Source: Escherichia coli
Lineage (GTDB): Bacteria; Pseudomonadota; Gammaproteobacteria; Enterobacterales; Enterobacteriaceae
NCBI RefSeq assembly: GCF_011045215.1
Contig: NZ_CP049201.1
Reading direction: 5' to 3' (one strand)
DNA: 64,000 nucleotides
The translations under genes and the position numbers were made by a program. A model generated the notes under the pieces. It was not told the DNA's origin. It did not search any database and was given only the letters and a program-made list of their open reading frames with translations. Shown in pieces: positions 62,486 through 64,000 of the stretch; the stretch's first letter is position 1; each line of letters opens with the position of its first letter.

Positions 62486-63937
62486 GTGAAAACACTAAAT
62501 CGTCGCGATTTTCCCGGTGCACAGTATCCAGAACGTATCATTCAGTTTGGTGAAGGTAACTTCCTGCGCGCCTTTGTTGACTGGCAAATAGATCTCCTGA
62601 ATGAGCACACCGATCTGAATTCTGGCGTGGTCGTTGTTCGTCCGATTGAAACTTCATTCCCGCCGTCACTGAGCACGCAGGATGGTCTGTACACCACCAT
62701 TATCCGTGGCCTGAATGAGAAGGGGGAAGCGGTCAGCGACGCGCGTCTGATTCGCTCGGTTAATCGTGAAATCAGCGTCTACAGTGAATACGATGAATTC
62801 CTGAAACTGGCGCACAACCCGGAAATGCGCTTTGTTTTCTCTAACACCACCGAAGCGGGTATCAGCTACCATGCGGGCGATAAATTCGATGATGCGCCAG
62901 CGGTAAGCTATCCCGCAAAACTGACACGTCTGCTATTCGAGCGTTTTAGCCATTTCAACGGTGCGCTGGATAAAGGTTGGATCATCATCCCGTGTGAGTT
63001 GATCGACTACAATGGCGACGCGTTGCGTGAACTGGTGCTGCGCTATGCGCAAGAGTGGGCACTGCCAGAAGCATTTATTCAATGGCTGGATCAGGCTAAC
63101 AGCTTCTGTTCTACGCTGGTGGACCGTATCGTTACCGGTTATCCGCGTGATGAAGTGGCTAAACTGGAAGAAGAACTGGGTTATCACGATGGTTTCCTCG
63201 ACACCGCTGAACACTTTTACCTGTTTGTGATTCAGGGACCGGAATCCTTAGCGACCGAGCTGCGTCTGGACAAATATCCGCTCAACGTGCTGATTGTTGA
63301 CGATATTAAACCGTATAAAGAACGCAAAGTGGCAATACTCAACGGTGCACACACCGCGTTGGTGCCGGTGGCGTTCCAGGCAGGGCTGGATACCGTAGGT
63401 GAAGCGATGAACGATGCTGAAATTTGCGCATTCGTTGAAAAAGCCATCTACGAAGAAATTATTCCGGTACTGGATTTGCCACGCGATGAACTGGAATCTT
63501 TCGCCAGTGCAGTCACCGGGCGTTTCCGTAACCCGTACATTAAGCATCAGCTGCTGTCTATCGCGCTCAACGGTATGACCAAGTTCCGTACCCGCATCCT
63601 GCCGCAGCTGCTGGCAGGGCAGAAGGCAAACGGCACACTTCCGGCGCGCCTTACTTTCGCATTAGCGGCGTTGATTGCGTTCTATCGTGGTGAGCGTAAC
63701 GGAGAAACATATCCGGTACAGGACGATGCACACTGGCTGGAACGTTATCAGCAACTCTGGAGCCAGCATCGTGACCGTGTTATCGGTACCCAGGAACTGG
63801 TAGCGATTGTGTTGGCAGAAAAAGACCACTGGGAGCAGGACCTGACGCAAGTGCCTGGTCTGGTCGAGCAGGTTGCTAATGACCTGGATGCGATTCTTGA
63901 AAAAGGGATGCGCGAAGCTGTACGTCCGTTGTGCTAA
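62486..63937 (+). CDS. uxaB: Altronate oxidoreductase (tagaturonate reductase)
   Basis: 483 aa, mannitol-dehydrogenase family; GAAGGGAA RBS region; gene order. Confidence 0.85.
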   Translation: MKTLNRRDFPGAQYPERIIQFGEGNFLRAFVDWQIDLLNEHTDLNSGVVVVRPIETSFPPSLSTQDGLYTTIIRGLNEKGEAVSDARLIRSVNREISVYSEYDEFLKLAHNPEMRFVFSNTTEAGISYHAGDKFDDAPAVSYPAKLTRLLFERFSHFNGALDKGWIIIPCELIDYNGDALRELVLRYAQEWALPEAFIQWLDQANSFCSTLVDRIVTGYPRDEVAKLEEELGYHDGFLDTAEHFYLFVIQGPESLATELRLDKYPLNVLIVDDIKPYKERKVAILNGAHTALVPVAFQAGLDTVGEAMNDAEICAFVEKAIYEEIIPVLDLPRDELESFASAVTGRFRNPYIKHQLLSIALNGMTKFRTRILPQLLAGQKANGTLPARLTFALAALIAFYRGERNGETYPVQDDAHWLERYQQLWSQHRDRVIGTQELVAIVLAEKDHWEQDLTQVPGLVEQVANDLDAILEKGMREAVRPLC

Positions 63938-63944
63938 TACTCTG

Positions 63945-63972
63945 AACCCGGTTTCGACCGGGTTTCTCATTT
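63945..63972 (+). terminator. Rho-independent terminator after uxaB
   Basis: aacccggt-ttcg-accgggtt followed by tctcatttc. Confidence 0.5.
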
Positions 63973-64000
63973 CACTATATTAGTTACAACATCCTATATG

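Noticed and set aside
1-64000. CRISPR arrays, rRNA genes, IS elements/transposases
   Set aside because: No regularly spaced short direct repeats with unique spacers, no rRNA-like sequence and no transposase-like ORFs or terminal inverted repeats were seen.

Overview
The window is the right ~40 kb of a lambdoid prophage followed by ~24 kb of Escherichia coli-type core chromosome. The prophage (1 to ~40377; left end with integrase lies outside the window) runs: DicA/DicC-type immunity switch with TTAG-N6-CTAA operators, O-like replication initiator with internal iteron origin, a NUDIX+HAD hydrolase cargo pair, hokD toxin, rem, ydfU (DUF968), Q-like antiterminator, an AT-rich two-gene cassette on the opposite strand, orphan DNA methyltransferase, phage-21-type lysis cassette (pinholin, SAR endolysin, Rz/Rz1), terminase, portal, protease-capsid fusion, and a lambda-like tail (Z, U, V, G-T frameshift, H, M, L, K, I, J, lom, stf, tfa). 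Between tfa and the prophage-chromosome junction sits a yciG-yciF-yciE-katN-like stress/Mn-catalase operon. The prophage interrupts ydfJ (N-terminally truncated at 40378). Chromosomal genes follow in K-12 order: ydfI, ydfZ, ydfH, ydfG, dcp, ydeJ, ydeI, dgcZ, mgrR/mgtS, ydeE, eamA, marBAR-marC, sotB, yneK, yneJ, sad, glsB, yneG, dgcF, uxaB. The strongest candidate for an undescribed system is the cassette at 8062..10451: an NdpA/YejK-like (NA37) nucleoid-associated-protein homologue translationally coupled to a 3-TM membrane protein, wedged between Q and the late lysis genes, with a RexAB-like sensor-plus-membrane-effector architecture. All identifications are from reading the translations and DNA by eye and from recalled family knowledge; no database search was run.
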